Origin: Thermoanaerobaculia bacterium
Lineage (GTDB): Bacteria > Acidobacteriota > Thermoanaerobaculia > Multivoradales > J023
Assembly: GCA_030431255.1 (NCBI GenBank)
Contig: JAUIJL010000005.1
Location: 29,313 to 93,312, forward strand
Length of the DNA stretch: 64,000 nt
Direction of reading: 5' to 3'
The notes under the pieces were generated by a model that was not told where the DNA came from, did not search any database, and was given only the letters and a program-made list of their open reading frames with translations. How positions within the stretch are numbered: the first letter of the stretch is position 1; each line of letters opens with the position of its first letter. The translations under genes were made by a program, and so were the position numbers. Positions 17,416 to 26,405 of the stretch are shown in pieces.

Positions 17416-19964
17416 CCACTATGCCGATCGATCCCTTCCACGCCGAGAGGTATCTTCCCGCCACGGGCCTTCAGGACTTCGTCCAGGCCCTCGAGGCTTG
17501 GCTCTTGCCGGGTTGGGAAACCAGCCTGCAGATGGAAGATCCGCTGACCCAAACCCTCGAAGAGGTGGCGACCTCCTTGGTCGATCAGCGGGCCAGAGAC
17601 CTCGCGCTGGCCCGTTTGCCGGAGGCGTTCACGGAAGCTCCGTCACCGTGGATGATCGAACGCCTGGGTTTTCACCAATGCCATATCTTTCCGTTGGTTT
17701 CGGGCGAGCGCCCCTTTGGGCGACTGCTGCTCTTCGCGGAAGCCGACACCCGCCGGCTCGGTCGAGATCGTGAGCAACAAATTGAGCAGCTATGCTCCGA
17801 AGCCGCCGCGGATCTCGAGCGAGCCCGAGCCCACCACGAAGACGAAAAATTTTCGGAGCGGCTGCGAAAGATCACAGAGACCGAGCTGGCGATTCGCTTC
17901 TCCGGTGCCGCCTTGCGTCTCTGTGAGTGGCTGCGCGCCACGGTCATCCTCGGCTATCGTGGCAATGAGCTGAAGATCCTCGAAGCCCGGCACGGCAGTC
18001 GTAGACAGGAGCGCTTTCTCTATCGAAAGCTGCCCTTCGAAGGCACCCACCTGGCCAAGCTGGCCGCCGGCATTCAGACCGGCGCTCCGGCCGTGCTGGA
18101 CGCAAGCAGCTTCCGCCGATACGCAGAGGGTGAGGCCCTGGCGCCTTTGGTCAGGATGCTTGAAGACGCTCAAGTGGAGACCCTGCCCTTGGAGTCCGCC
18201 GGCCGCTTGGTAGGCTCGGCGGTGCTCTTCCACGGACGTGCCCCGACGGGCGCGGAACGGGCCGCCATCGGACGGCTGTCGGACTCCCTGGCATTTTCTT
18301 TGGATCGCATCCGACCAGAGCGCCGTCGCGCTTCGGGATTGCTCTATCTCCAGGGCTTGCTCCGCTCCTCCCGCGGCGGTGCGTTGGTCGACGTGCTCAG
18401 GACCGTCGTCGAAGAGATCATCACCTTTTTAGGGGCGGACGCGGGCATCCTCGCCCTGGTCGATACGGAGACCGGCACGCTCCTGCTCTCCGAGCACGCG
18501 GGATACGGCCACGACGCCCAGCTGCCCAAATCCATCCCTTTCCACCAACAAAAGAGCAGCTCGATTCTGGCCCACGTCTTCCGCACCGGAGAGCCGTACG
18601 CGGCCCCGGATATTCGAGCCTCCTCCATCTACTTGGCCGCCGACCCGTCGATTCGCTCGGAAATTGCCGTGCCCCTGAGGTTGCACGGCGAGACCGTGGG
18701 TGTGGCCATGGCCTCGAGCCGCCTCCCCGACACTTTCCACACCGACGACAGCGCTAGATTCCAGCTGCTGGCGGATCAAATCGCCGTCGCCATCGACGAT
18801 GCGCGGTTGTTGGATGATCTCCGGGCGCAGCGCCAAGAGGAGGCGATCCAGCGCCAACATCGGCATTTCGGTTTTCACCCCTCGGTGCACGCCGAGGATG
18901 TGGAGTATCACTTCGGCAACCTCGTGGGTGAGCCGTCCGGGCCCATGGGCCGGGTTTACCGCACCATCGAACGGGTCGCCGGACGCGAGCAGGACATCGT
19001 GCTCATTCTGGGCGAAACCGGCAGCGGCAAGGAGATGATCTCCCACGCCATCCACAACGCGTCACCGCGCCGCAGCCGCTCCCTGGTGGCGACCAATTTC
19101 GCGGCCTTGGGGGGCGACCCGAATCTCATCCAAAGCGAGCTCTTCGGCCATGAAAAAGGCAGCTTCACCGGTGCGGTCCGCCGACGGAAGGGCTGTTTTG
19201 AGAAGGCCCACGAATCGTCCCTCCTGATCGACGAGCTGGGGGACATCACACCCGCTGTGCAGGTCAAATTGCTCCGGGTCTTGGGACGAAGCTCCAAGCG
19301 GGAATTTCAACGGCTCGGTGGTGAGCAAGAGCTTTCCTGCGATGTGAGGGTCTTGGCGGCGACCAACAAGGACCTGCGAGCTGAGATGGCCGCCGGCCGT
19401 TTTCGGGAAGATCTCTACTATCGCCTGAGCGCCCTGGTGGTCCGGATTCCGCCCTTGAGGGACCGCCCCGGCGATATCCCCTTGTTGGTCCGGCATTTCA
19501 CGCCGCGGCTGACCAACAATCTACCCCTTCGGATCGCCAAAGGAGTGGACGAGGAGCTGGCCGCCTACGACTTCCCGGGCAACATCCGCCAGCTGGAGAG
19601 CGTGCTTCTGCGCGCCATCGTGATGTTCGGCAATCCCGACGAGCTGACCAGGGAAGACGTTCGCCACGCTCTACAAATCGAGGAAGAGGCCTCTGGAGAG
19701 CTCCCGGGATCCGCCACGCCGACCCTTATCTGCCCGGACCCACCTCCACCGGATTGGTTTTGGCAGGAAGTCTACGAGCCCTGGAAAGAGCGACGGCTCA
19801 GCCGGGAAGCGGTCGAAGGCCTATTACGTCGGCAACTCGCCGGCCAACAGGGCTTTTATTCTCGGGTCGCGACCCGATTGGGCGTCGCCAAAGTCGACTA
19901 CCAGCGCTTCATCGACTTCCTCAAACATTCGGGCCTCAAAGTCGACCACCGACCATTTCGGTGA
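17412..19964 (+). CDS. Sigma-54-dependent transcriptional activator with N-terminal tandem GAF-like sensor domains (no receiver domain)
   Basis: AAA+ sigma-54 interaction domain with the GAFTGA-equivalent loop (ELFGHEKGSFTGA), Walker A ILGETGSGKE and arginine finger region. Start overlaps the asnB stop (ATGA). Confidence 0.85.
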   Translation: MTTMPIDPFHAERYLPATGLQDFVQALEAWLLPGWETSLQMEDPLTQTLEEVATSLVDQRARDLALARLPEAFTEAPSPWMIERLGFHQCHIFPLVSGERPFGRLLLFAEADTRRLGRDREQQIEQLCSEAAADLERARAHHEDEKFSERLRKITETELAIRFSGAALRLCEWLRATVILGYRGNELKILEARHGSRRQERFLYRKLPFEGTHLAKLAAGIQTGAPAVLDASSFRRYAEGEALAPLVRMLEDAQVETLPLESAGRLVGSAVLFHGRAPTGAERAAIGRLSDSLAFSLDRIRPERRRASGLLYLQGLLRSSRGGALVDVLRTVVEEIITFLGADAGILALVDTETGTLLLSEHAGYGHDAQLPKSIPFHQQKSSSILAHVFRTGEPYAAPDIRASSIYLAADPSIRSEIAVPLRLHGETVGVAMASSRLPDTFHTDDSARFQLLADQIAVAIDDARLLDDLRAQRQEEAIQRQHRHFGFHPSVHAEDVEYHFGNLVGEPSGPMGRVYRTIERVAGREQDIVLILGETGSGKEMISHAIHNASPRRSRSLVATNFAALGGDPNLIQSELFGHEKGSFTGAVRRRKGCFEKAHESSLLIDELGDITPAVQVKLLRVLGRSSKREFQRLGGEQELSCDVRVLAATNKDLRAEMAAGRFREDLYYRLSALVVRIPPLRDRPGDIPLLVRHFTPRLTNNLPLRIAKGVDEELAAYDFPGNIRQLESVLLRAIVMFGNPDELTREDVRHALQIEEEASGELPGSATPTLICPDPPPPDWFWQEVYEPWKERRLSREAVEGLLRRQLAGQQGFYSRVATRLGVAKVDYQRFIDFLKHSGLKVDHRPFR

Positions 19965-20022
19965 TCTCGCACCCTGGCCGGCCTCCGAGTGGGCGAATAC
20001 AAGATTCGCGATCTCGACCAGC

Positions 20023-20125
20023 AGGGGCGATCCTTGTGATCGCCCTTGCCGAACCCGTAGGGGCGATCCTTGTGATCGCCCTTGCCGAACCCGTAGGGGC
20101 GATCCTTGTGATCGCCCTTGCCTCT
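20023..20125. repeat. Three tandem 36-bp units (aggggcgatccttgtgatcgcccttgccgaacccgt). Each contains a perfect 8-bp-stem hairpin (gggcgatc-cttgt-gatcgccc). They lie between convergent genes and are probably stacked bidirectional terminators (a REP-like element).
   Basis: Repeats and inverted repeats read directly; the third unit is truncated. Confidence 0.85.
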
Positions 20126-20798
20126 AAGGCCACTCGACGCGGCGGGAGTTGAACCAGGCGTCCAGACAACGTACCTTGCCGCCGGCTACGGACCATTCGT
20201 GGGGCTCGTGAAAGTGGCCGAGCGAGAGGGAGTCGTACCCTTCAGCCAGGCGTCGCTCCGCATACTTTCGAATCGGCTCCTCGGGGATCCGGCGCCGATG
20301 TTTGAAGTTGGTCTTGGCCAGCTTCTCTTCCGTGGAACGGACCAGCTTCTGGGCGAGACCGGAAGGCAGCCCCAAGATCAACAAGCGGATGGGGGCGCTT
20401 TTGGAAAGCCATCGCCAAAACAGATATTGGCGATCCCGGTCGTTTAGGCCGTCACCGTGCACACATAGGTGCCGACGTCCGTCGATCTCGAAGGAGACTT
20501 CCAAAGCGATTTGGTCGAAGGCGTCGGCATAGGGGCTGCCGATGAGAAAGAAATCCCGATTGCCTTCCACGTAGTCCACTCGAACTCCCTGCTCCCGCAG
20601 GCGCCGCAGCTCGGGCACGACCTTGCGAACCTCTGGGGTCTCGAACTTTCGGCTTCCCACCCAGACGTGGAAGATGTCGCCCAGCAGAATCAGGTGCTTG
20701 CAGCCTTGCCCCGGGAGAGCCCTGATCTGCTCGATGAATTGGTCGCCATCTCCCCCGGGACCGCCGAGGTGGGAATCGGCGATGATCGCCACACTCAA
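20124..20798 (-). CDS. lpxH: UDP-2,3-diacylglucosamine diphosphatase-like (LpxH family) calcineurin-type metallophosphoesterase
   Basis: Colinear with E. coli LpxH motifs: IADSHL, LGDIFHVWVG, EGNRDFFLIG, CVHGDGLNDRDRQYLFWR, LGHFHEP. Confidence 0.7.
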   Translation of the reverse strand: MSVAIIADSHLGGPGGDGDQFIEQIRALPGQGCKHLILLGDIFHVWVGSRKFETPEVRKVVPELRRLREQGVRVDYVEGNRDFFLIGSPYADAFDQIALEVSFEIDGRRHLCVHGDGLNDRDRQYLFWRWLSKSAPIRLLILGLPSGLAQKLVRSTEEKLAKTNFKHRRRIPEEPIRKYAERRLAEGYDSLSLGHFHEPHEWSVAGGKVRCLDAWFNSRRVEWP

Positions 20799-20811
20799 AC
20801 GTGACCTCCGA

Positions 20812-21894
20812 TCAAACGATGGTCAGCTTGGGACGTTTCGGCTCAGCGACCTGAGAGACCACGGCCTCGGCGACTTTTTGAAAAGCCTCGGCATAAACAC
20901 TGTCCGGCTGGGTCACCACGATCGGCTCACCGGAGTCACCGCCCTCGACGATCGCCGGATCCAGCGGAATCGCCCCGAGGAACGGTGCGCCGAGCACGTC
21001 GGCGATCCGCTTGCCTCCGCCCCGTTTGAAGATCTCGATCTCTTCCCCACAGCAGGGGCATTTGAAGCCGGACATATTCTCGATGACACCGGCGACGGGC
21101 ACGTCGACTTTGCGGAACATACCCAACCCTTTTCGCGCGTCGATCAGGGCAACATCTTGGGGGGTGGTCACGATCACCGCCGCGGAGAGGGGCACCCGCT
21201 GGGTGAGGGTGAGCTGAGCGTCACCGGTTCCCGGGGGCAAATCGACGATCATGAAGTCGAGGCGTCCCCAATTCACCTGACCGAGCATCTGCTCGATCGC
21301 CCGCATGACCATGGGTCCGCGCCAGATCACCGGGGTGTCGATATCCACCAAGAAACCCAGGGACATGATTTTGACCCCGAATTTTACGAACGGCGACAGG
21401 CTCTGGCCATCGGTCCGGGGTTTCTCGTGGATGCCGAACATCATCGGCATGGACGGGCCGTAGATGTCCGCGTCCAGCAGACCGACCCGATGTCCTTGAG
21501 CGGCGAGGGTCACCGCCAGGTTGGCGGACACCGTGGACTTGCCCACTCCGCCCTTGCCGGAGGCCACGGCGACGATATTCTCCACGCCGGGAAGCAGCTT
21601 CGGATCCGCGGTCACACCCGACTTGACCGCCTCCCGCTTGGGCGGCTCATTCACATTGAGCCTCGCTTCCGCGGCGCTGATTCCCTCCACAGCGGCGACT
21701 GCGGCCTCAGCTTCGGAGCGCACCTGTTCCGCCGCTTCAGGATTGTGGGTCGACATCTCGAGCGAGACCGTTGCCACAGCACCTTCCACCGTCACTGAGC
21801 GGACAAATCCAAAAGAGACGATATCGCGGCTCATTCCCGGATATCGAACCGCCTTGAGGGCATCCCAAACCAGCCCTTCGAGATCATTGGCCAT
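20812..21894 (-). CDS. Mrp/ApbC/NBP35-family iron-sulfur cluster carrier ATPase with N-terminal DUF59 (MIP18-like) domain
   Basis: Deviant Walker A GKGGVGKSTVSANLA; CxxC motif (FKCPCCGEE). Start taken at Met39. Confidence 0.9.
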   Translation of the reverse strand: MANDLEGLVWDALKAVRYPGMSRDIVSFGFVRSVTVEGAVATVSLEMSTHNPEAAEQVRSEAEAAVAAVEGISAAEARLNVNEPPKREAVKSGVTADPKLLPGVENIVAVASGKGGVGKSTVSANLAVTLAAQGHRVGLLDADIYGPSMPMMFGIHEKPRTDGQSLSPFVKFGVKIMSLGFLVDIDTPVIWRGPMVMRAIEQMLGQVNWGRLDFMIVDLPPGTGDAQLTLTQRVPLSAAVIVTTPQDVALIDARKGLGMFRKVDVPVAGVIENMSGFKCPCCGEEIEIFKRGGGKRIADVLGAPFLGAIPLDPAIVEGGDSGEPIVVTQPDSVYAEAFQKVAEAVVSQVAEPKRPKLTIV

Positions 21895-22128
21895 ATCTTG
21901 AACCTTTCTGGGGAATCTACATCTGCGGAGGGAACCGGCGTCGACGCCGATCGGCAAAGGATATACCAATCCACGAACCCAGCCCAAACCCTCCCTACCT
22001 GAGCTCATACCGGGTACTTTTCGAGAGTCGCAAAAGACAGACGCCCCGACGAATCGGGGCGTCTTTCAGCGCTTCTGAGCGCGCGCGGAAGGAGCACTGC
22101 GGGCGTGCCCACAGCGTTCACTAGAAGA

Positions 22129-23481
22129 CTACTGCACGGTGATGGTCTTCGTGTCGTTGGGCGAGCCGCCCCGCACCGATGCCCTCACCGTGAACGAGGT
22201 GATCCCAGCCGGAATCGTATTGGCTTGGAATGTGATCGTCACCTCCGCGATTCCGTCGGAACCAGTTGCTTTCGAGCAGCCCGTCTCCGAGCAATCAAAG
22301 CTCAACGAAGCTCCGGAGCCGTCAACGGCATTGAAGGTCACAATCTCGTTTGACACCCGGTTGCTTCGGCTATCGGTCACCAACGCCGACAACGTGATGC
22401 TGGATTCGGTAGTCCGGGTCACAACACTCGTGCTCGGAGTCAAGCTCACCGCGGCAGGAGCGTCGCGGATCTCGATCGCTGCCGTCGCGGTTTCGCTGTT
22501 GCCCACAAAGCCGCTCACACCGCCGGAGCCGGGCACATTTCCCGCCTGGAAGAAGACCGTTCTGCGGCCACCCGACACGCCCACCTGCAGGCTGGAGGTG
22601 AAATTGCCGGTGGAGGAAGTGCTCAGGGTCCCCAAGTTGCCGTCGAGGAATACTGTCTGCTGGCTCGTGATGAGATTGTTGTTCTCATCACGTATGGAGA
22701 TGCTGATCTGCGACTGCTGAAGCACGTCTACGATTCGCGGATTGGCGACCAGCTCCAACTGCGGTTTGCGAGTGGTGCCGAAAGTCACTTCCACGGTGGC
22801 GTCATCGCTCGATCCCACGGAAGCCGTCACCGTCGCGGTGCCAGACTGGCTGGAGGTCAGCGTGGTGCTCACGATACCGCCGTTATTCGTCGAAAGCTGT
22901 AGGGCGGAATCGCCGAGTGTGCCGAGGGTCGTACGCACGTTCACCGTACCCGTGGTCAACGGGGCACCGTCCGCTTGCCGAGCCGTCATGGTGATGGTGG
23001 AGGTTCCGTTGAGCGCTACGTCCGACGGATTCGCATCCAAAGTGATGGTCGGGTTATCTTCGGGATTCAGTCCGATACGTACGTCAGTGGTCGCCGAGGC
23101 GCCCTCTCCTCCGCTGGTCAGGGCCACAGTAATCGTCGCCGTCCCCAACCTCCCGTCGCTCTCCAGCTGTGCCGTGGCTCTGCCGGCCTCACCCACCTCG
23201 ACGATATTGCCCGGAACCAAGGCACCGTTCGTTTGACGGACCATGATCCTGCCAATGGTCGTCGTGATGGTCAGCTGAGTGCCCGGGTTGAGGGGATTGC
23301 CGTCCGGGCGAAAACCCGTGATCGAAATCGTGGAAGAGCCGTCGAGATCGATCTGGCTCGGGCTGGCGGACACGGTCAAGGTGCTGCCCGTGGGAGCAAT
23401 GGGATTATCGGCGCTGTCGCAACCGAACAGATAAGCGCCCAAAAGCAGAAGCGCGGTCAGAATGGCCAGTCGTCTCTTCAT
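22129..23481 (-). CDS. Secreted lipoprotein with four bacterial Ig-like (Big_1, invasin/intimin-type) repeats
   Basis: Lipobox LFGC after signal peptide. About 100-aa repeats with alternating S/T-rich beta-strands (TLTVSASPSQIDLDGSSTISIT...). Confidence 0.7.
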   Translation of the reverse strand: MKRRLAILTALLLLGAYLFGCDSADNPIAPTGSTLTVSASPSQIDLDGSSTISITGFRPDGNPLNPGTQLTITTTIGRIMVRQTNGALVPGNIVEVGEAGRATAQLESDGRLGTATITVALTSGGEGASATTDVRIGLNPEDNPTITLDANPSDVALNGTSTITMTARQADGAPLTTGTVNVRTTLGTLGDSALQLSTNNGGIVSTTLTSSQSGTATVTASVGSSDDATVEVTFGTTRKPQLELVANPRIVDVLQQSQISISIRDENNNLITSQQTVFLDGNLGTLSTSSTGNFTSSLQVGVSGGRRTVFFQAGNVPGSGGVSGFVGNSETATAAIEIRDAPAAVSLTPSTSVVTRTTESSITLSALVTDSRSNRVSNEIVTFNAVDGSGASLSFDCSETGCSKATGSDGIAEVTITFQANTIPAGITSFTVRASVRGGSPNDTKTITVQ

Positions 23482-23505
23482 GGATAGATCTTTACCTGAT
23501 TGCTG

Positions 23506-23565
23506 GAAACTGATTGCCGGTAACCCGGTTAATTCCCGGAGCCTGGTTGATTGCCGGAATCCGGT
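23506..23565. promoter_or_regulatory. Three copies of a TGATTGC(C/T)GG motif in the upstream region of the Big_1 lipoprotein gene
   Basis: ctgattgctgg / ctgattgccgg / ttgattgccgg read directly within 60 bp. Confidence 0.3.
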
Positions 23566-23747
23566 AGCTGGGAAGGCGGATGGTCGGGAGGTCTTTTCGA
23601 CGCTTCGAAGGCAGTATACGGATAGAGCCGAGCAAGCGTCTAGCCGATCCAGAAACGATCGGCGATTTCCCTTTCACCTGCACTCTCAACACGGCGAAGG
23701 GCGGTCCCGAAAGACCGCCCTTCTTCAGATTTCTCTAAACCGAACAC

Positions 23748-25763
23748 TCATGGAGTAATCGTGAACAGCGCGTCCCCCCCACAAGATTCCCCATCCTCGT
23801 TCGTACACCTAACGTAAATGGTGAAGGTATCGAAACTGGTGAAGGTATGGGTCCCGAAGAAGGTGTCCAGGTCTTGAGCAGGCGCTAGACCCGGACCTTC
23901 ATTGTCAAACCACCAAGCGATCGAGCTTTCGACAATCGCAGCATCCCCTCCCAGGGGCGCAACCGTGAATGTGTAGGGTCCCAAAGAGCCGGCCTGAGCG
24001 GTGGGAAGTCCCAAAGAGACACCGACCAAGCCGCCGCCACCGCCGCCGCCACCGCCACCACCGCCACCGGCGGTACACGCATCTCCCGTCGGGAAATAAC
24101 CAAAAGCGTTGCTGAGTGTATTGCTACATCCTGTATTCAGGTTGGTTACCTGCACGTTGACGAAGGCTACACCGGCAGCGCACTCCGCAGTCGTGAAACC
24201 ACCAGTATAGGCAGGCACTGTAACGGTAATTTCTTCGCCGAAGGCCCCGCCAATGGATTGGATACCGGCCGGCAAACCGTTGAAGGTCACACGGATCGGT
24301 GGATCAAAGCCCACGGCATAACCGCGACCGACACCGACGATGGTCCGTATGTCGCCCGCAACACCCGTGTTCTCGCCAAGGAAGCCAAGAACCTGAGGAC
24401 GCACGGGCCGATACGTAAATGCCGGCCCGGTCGTCGTTTCGTTGGTCTCAAGGTTGACCACCCGCGTGGTACCGGATTGATTAGAGCAACCGATGTTCGC
24501 GCCGACAGTGCGGAAGAGGATCTCCGTACCCGAGACTGAGACCACTTGCTGGGCCAATGCGCCAGCTTCTACCGCCACCGGCTCCTCGAAGCCTTGGCCG
24601 AATATGGTGACCTCGTCACCGCCGAGGTACTCACCCTCGTTGGGACGGATCGACGAGATAAACATCTGGCCGCCGGCTCCGCCGTATTGGAAGGCACCCG
24701 ACAAGGTGGCCTGTTGACCGCTGGTGGGATCCCTTACGATCAGGCTGACCCGACTGTTGGCATTCGGTGCATTCGGACCCGTAGCCGACGGTGTGATCAC
24801 TTCCATCCGGGTCGGCGTGATCGACAGCACCGTCGCCTCGATCAACGGACCGTTGGTGAAGTAGACCTGAGCCTCGTTACCGAAGCCCTCACCGCGAACC
24901 GTAACCTGGGTGCCACCTTCGTTCGGACCCTGGGTCGGGCTGATGGAAATCAGCTTGAGGGTCGTGGTGCCCTGGGTCGAGCGGGTATACGTGAAGGCGC
25001 TCGCCAAGGAGTCCGTGGCGGTCGGATTGCCGTTCTCATCAAATCCATTCTCAACCGTCACGGTTGCGGCGGCATTCTGACCGGAAGCCAAGTTGATCGC
25101 CGGTGTGCGCGCGGTGATTCGGGTGCTGCTCTGAACATTCGTATTCTCCGCCACCAAGGTGCCGAAGGAGCCGGTGAGCAGGACGCGAGCCGGGGAGACA
25201 AATCCGGAGCCGGAAATGATCAGGGTGGTGCCACCGGAAGGCGGACCCACGCTCGGGCTCACAGAAGACACCTGGAACGGAGCGGCCTGAACGTCGATCA
25301 TCTGGATTCGGGCGGAGCCGAAGCTCGACTCGATTTGGGCCCGAACGATAATCGTGGTGTCGAAAGCGACGGTTCCGGTCACCAGGGTCGCCCGGGATTG
25401 CCCCGCCTCATCGAAAACGATCGGCACGGAATTACCGGCCTGACCATCGTTGGTGGTCAAGGTGCCGTTGGTCGTGCTCAGTAGAGCCGTGGTGCCGGGT
25501 GCAACGATCTGATTGTTGTCCGAGCGACGAGCCGAGACGAGGATTTGCGCGGTGCCCGAGCCGGCGTTCAGATCGAATTCGGCCGGGTTGGCCGTGACCG
25601 AAATCGTCCACGTCGAATTGTTGGTGTTGTCGGTCACCGGAGGGGGATTCCTCGCCTCAACCGGTCCCGTCACATCGTCCGAGTCGCAGGCTCCCAAGAA
25701 GAGAGCCAAGATCATCACGATCCCGGATAGAAGGTTGATGACTGGATTCTTTTTGCTACGCAT
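23748..25763 (-). CDS. Secreted lipoprotein with Ig-like and three IPT/TIG domains and an internal Gly13 linker
   Basis: Lipobox LGAC. TIG-like units (VSSVSPSVGPPSGGTTLIISGSGF, ISISPTQGPNEGGTQVTVRGEGF, ISSIRPNEGEYLGGDEVTIFGQGF). GGGGGGGGGGGGG encoded at about 24030-24070. Confidence 0.7.
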   Translation of the reverse strand: MRSKKNPVINLLSGIVMILALFLGACDSDDVTGPVEARNPPPVTDNTNNSTWTISVTANPAEFDLNAGSGTAQILVSARRSDNNQIVAPGTTALLSTTNGTLTTNDGQAGNSVPIVFDEAGQSRATLVTGTVAFDTTIIVRAQIESSFGSARIQMIDVQAAPFQVSSVSPSVGPPSGGTTLIISGSGFVSPARVLLTGSFGTLVAENTNVQSSTRITARTPAINLASGQNAAATVTVENGFDENGNPTATDSLASAFTYTRSTQGTTTLKLISISPTQGPNEGGTQVTVRGEGFGNEAQVYFTNGPLIEATVLSITPTRMEVITPSATGPNAPNANSRVSLIVRDPTSGQQATLSGAFQYGGAGGQMFISSIRPNEGEYLGGDEVTIFGQGFEEPVAVEAGALAQQVVSVSGTEILFRTVGANIGCSNQSGTTRVVNLETNETTTGPAFTYRPVRPQVLGFLGENTGVAGDIRTIVGVGRGYAVGFDPPIRVTFNGLPAGIQSIGGAFGEEITVTVPAYTGGFTTAECAAGVAFVNVQVTNLNTGCSNTLSNAFGYFPTGDACTAGGGGGGGGGGGGGLVGVSLGLPTAQAGSLGPYTFTVAPLGGDAAIVESSIAWWFDNEGPGLAPAQDLDTFFGTHTFTSFDTFTIYVRCTNEDGESCGGDALFTITP

Positions 25764-25810
25764 TTCGGGTCTCCGTCTCTCGTTTCGCTTGTCCATGGCC
25801 GGCCGTAGCA

Positions 25811-26371
25811 TCAGAAGGTCGTCGTCAGAGAAGGCACGAACTCGAAGGTTTGAGCGCGCGGAACACTGGACACGTCCACACCGGCCAGCGTTTGCCCAAA
25901 GACCCGCATTTGTACATTCAATTTGATGATCGAGGCACCGGTTTCGGAGTCCACCGCACCGTTCTGGAACAGCAGGTCCGCCAACGGCTCACCACGGAGC
26001 TGCTCAACGGTCATGACCGGCAGACCGGTGTAGCTGAGCTGTCCACCGGCAGGCACCGTTCCAACCACGTTGTATACAAAGGGCAGAGGAACGCGAGTAC
26101 CCGTATCCACTCGGGTGTAGGTGAGCTCAATGGTGTTCAGCTGAACATCCATCAGTGATGAGGAGCCACCACCGGGTCTGGAGATCACACTGTTGATGGT
26201 CACCTGATCGAGGGCCAACAAGTCGGTGTCGTTGACGCCTACCCGGAAGGTGGAGTCATCGAACTCAACCTCGAGCAAGACCCCGCCCGTGTCCGTTTCA
26301 CCGACTCGTTCGGTGCAACCGGACAAGATCAGAAACAACGTGATTGCAATCAGTTGAAGTGCTGCTTTCAT
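25811..26371 (-). CDS. Small lipoprotein of unknown function, immediately downstream of pilQ
   Basis: Signal peptide with lipobox LSGC; no recognisable domain. Confidence 0.5.
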   Translation of the reverse strand: MKAALQLIAITLFLILSGCTERVGETDTGGVLLEVEFDDSTFRVGVNDTDLLALDQVTINSVISRPGGGSSSLMDVQLNTIELTYTRVDTGTRVPLPFVYNVVGTVPAGGQLSYTGLPVMTVEQLRGEPLADLLFQNGAVDSETGASIIKLNVQMRVFGQTLAGVDVSSVPRAQTFEFVPSLTTTF

Positions 26372-26405
26372 GGACTTTCCCCTGGAGCTTTCCACGTCTT
26401 CGGGA

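Noticed and set aside
20023-20125. 36-bp repeat array considered as a mini-CRISPR
   Set aside because: The 14-bp sequence between the palindromes is identical in every unit, so these are not unique spacers, and there are no cas genes. It is a tandem REP/terminator-like repeat.
20623-21798. 391-aa ORF antisense to the Mrp/ApbC gene
   Set aside because: Opposite strand of a gene with canonical P-loop and CxxC motifs; low-complexity translation.
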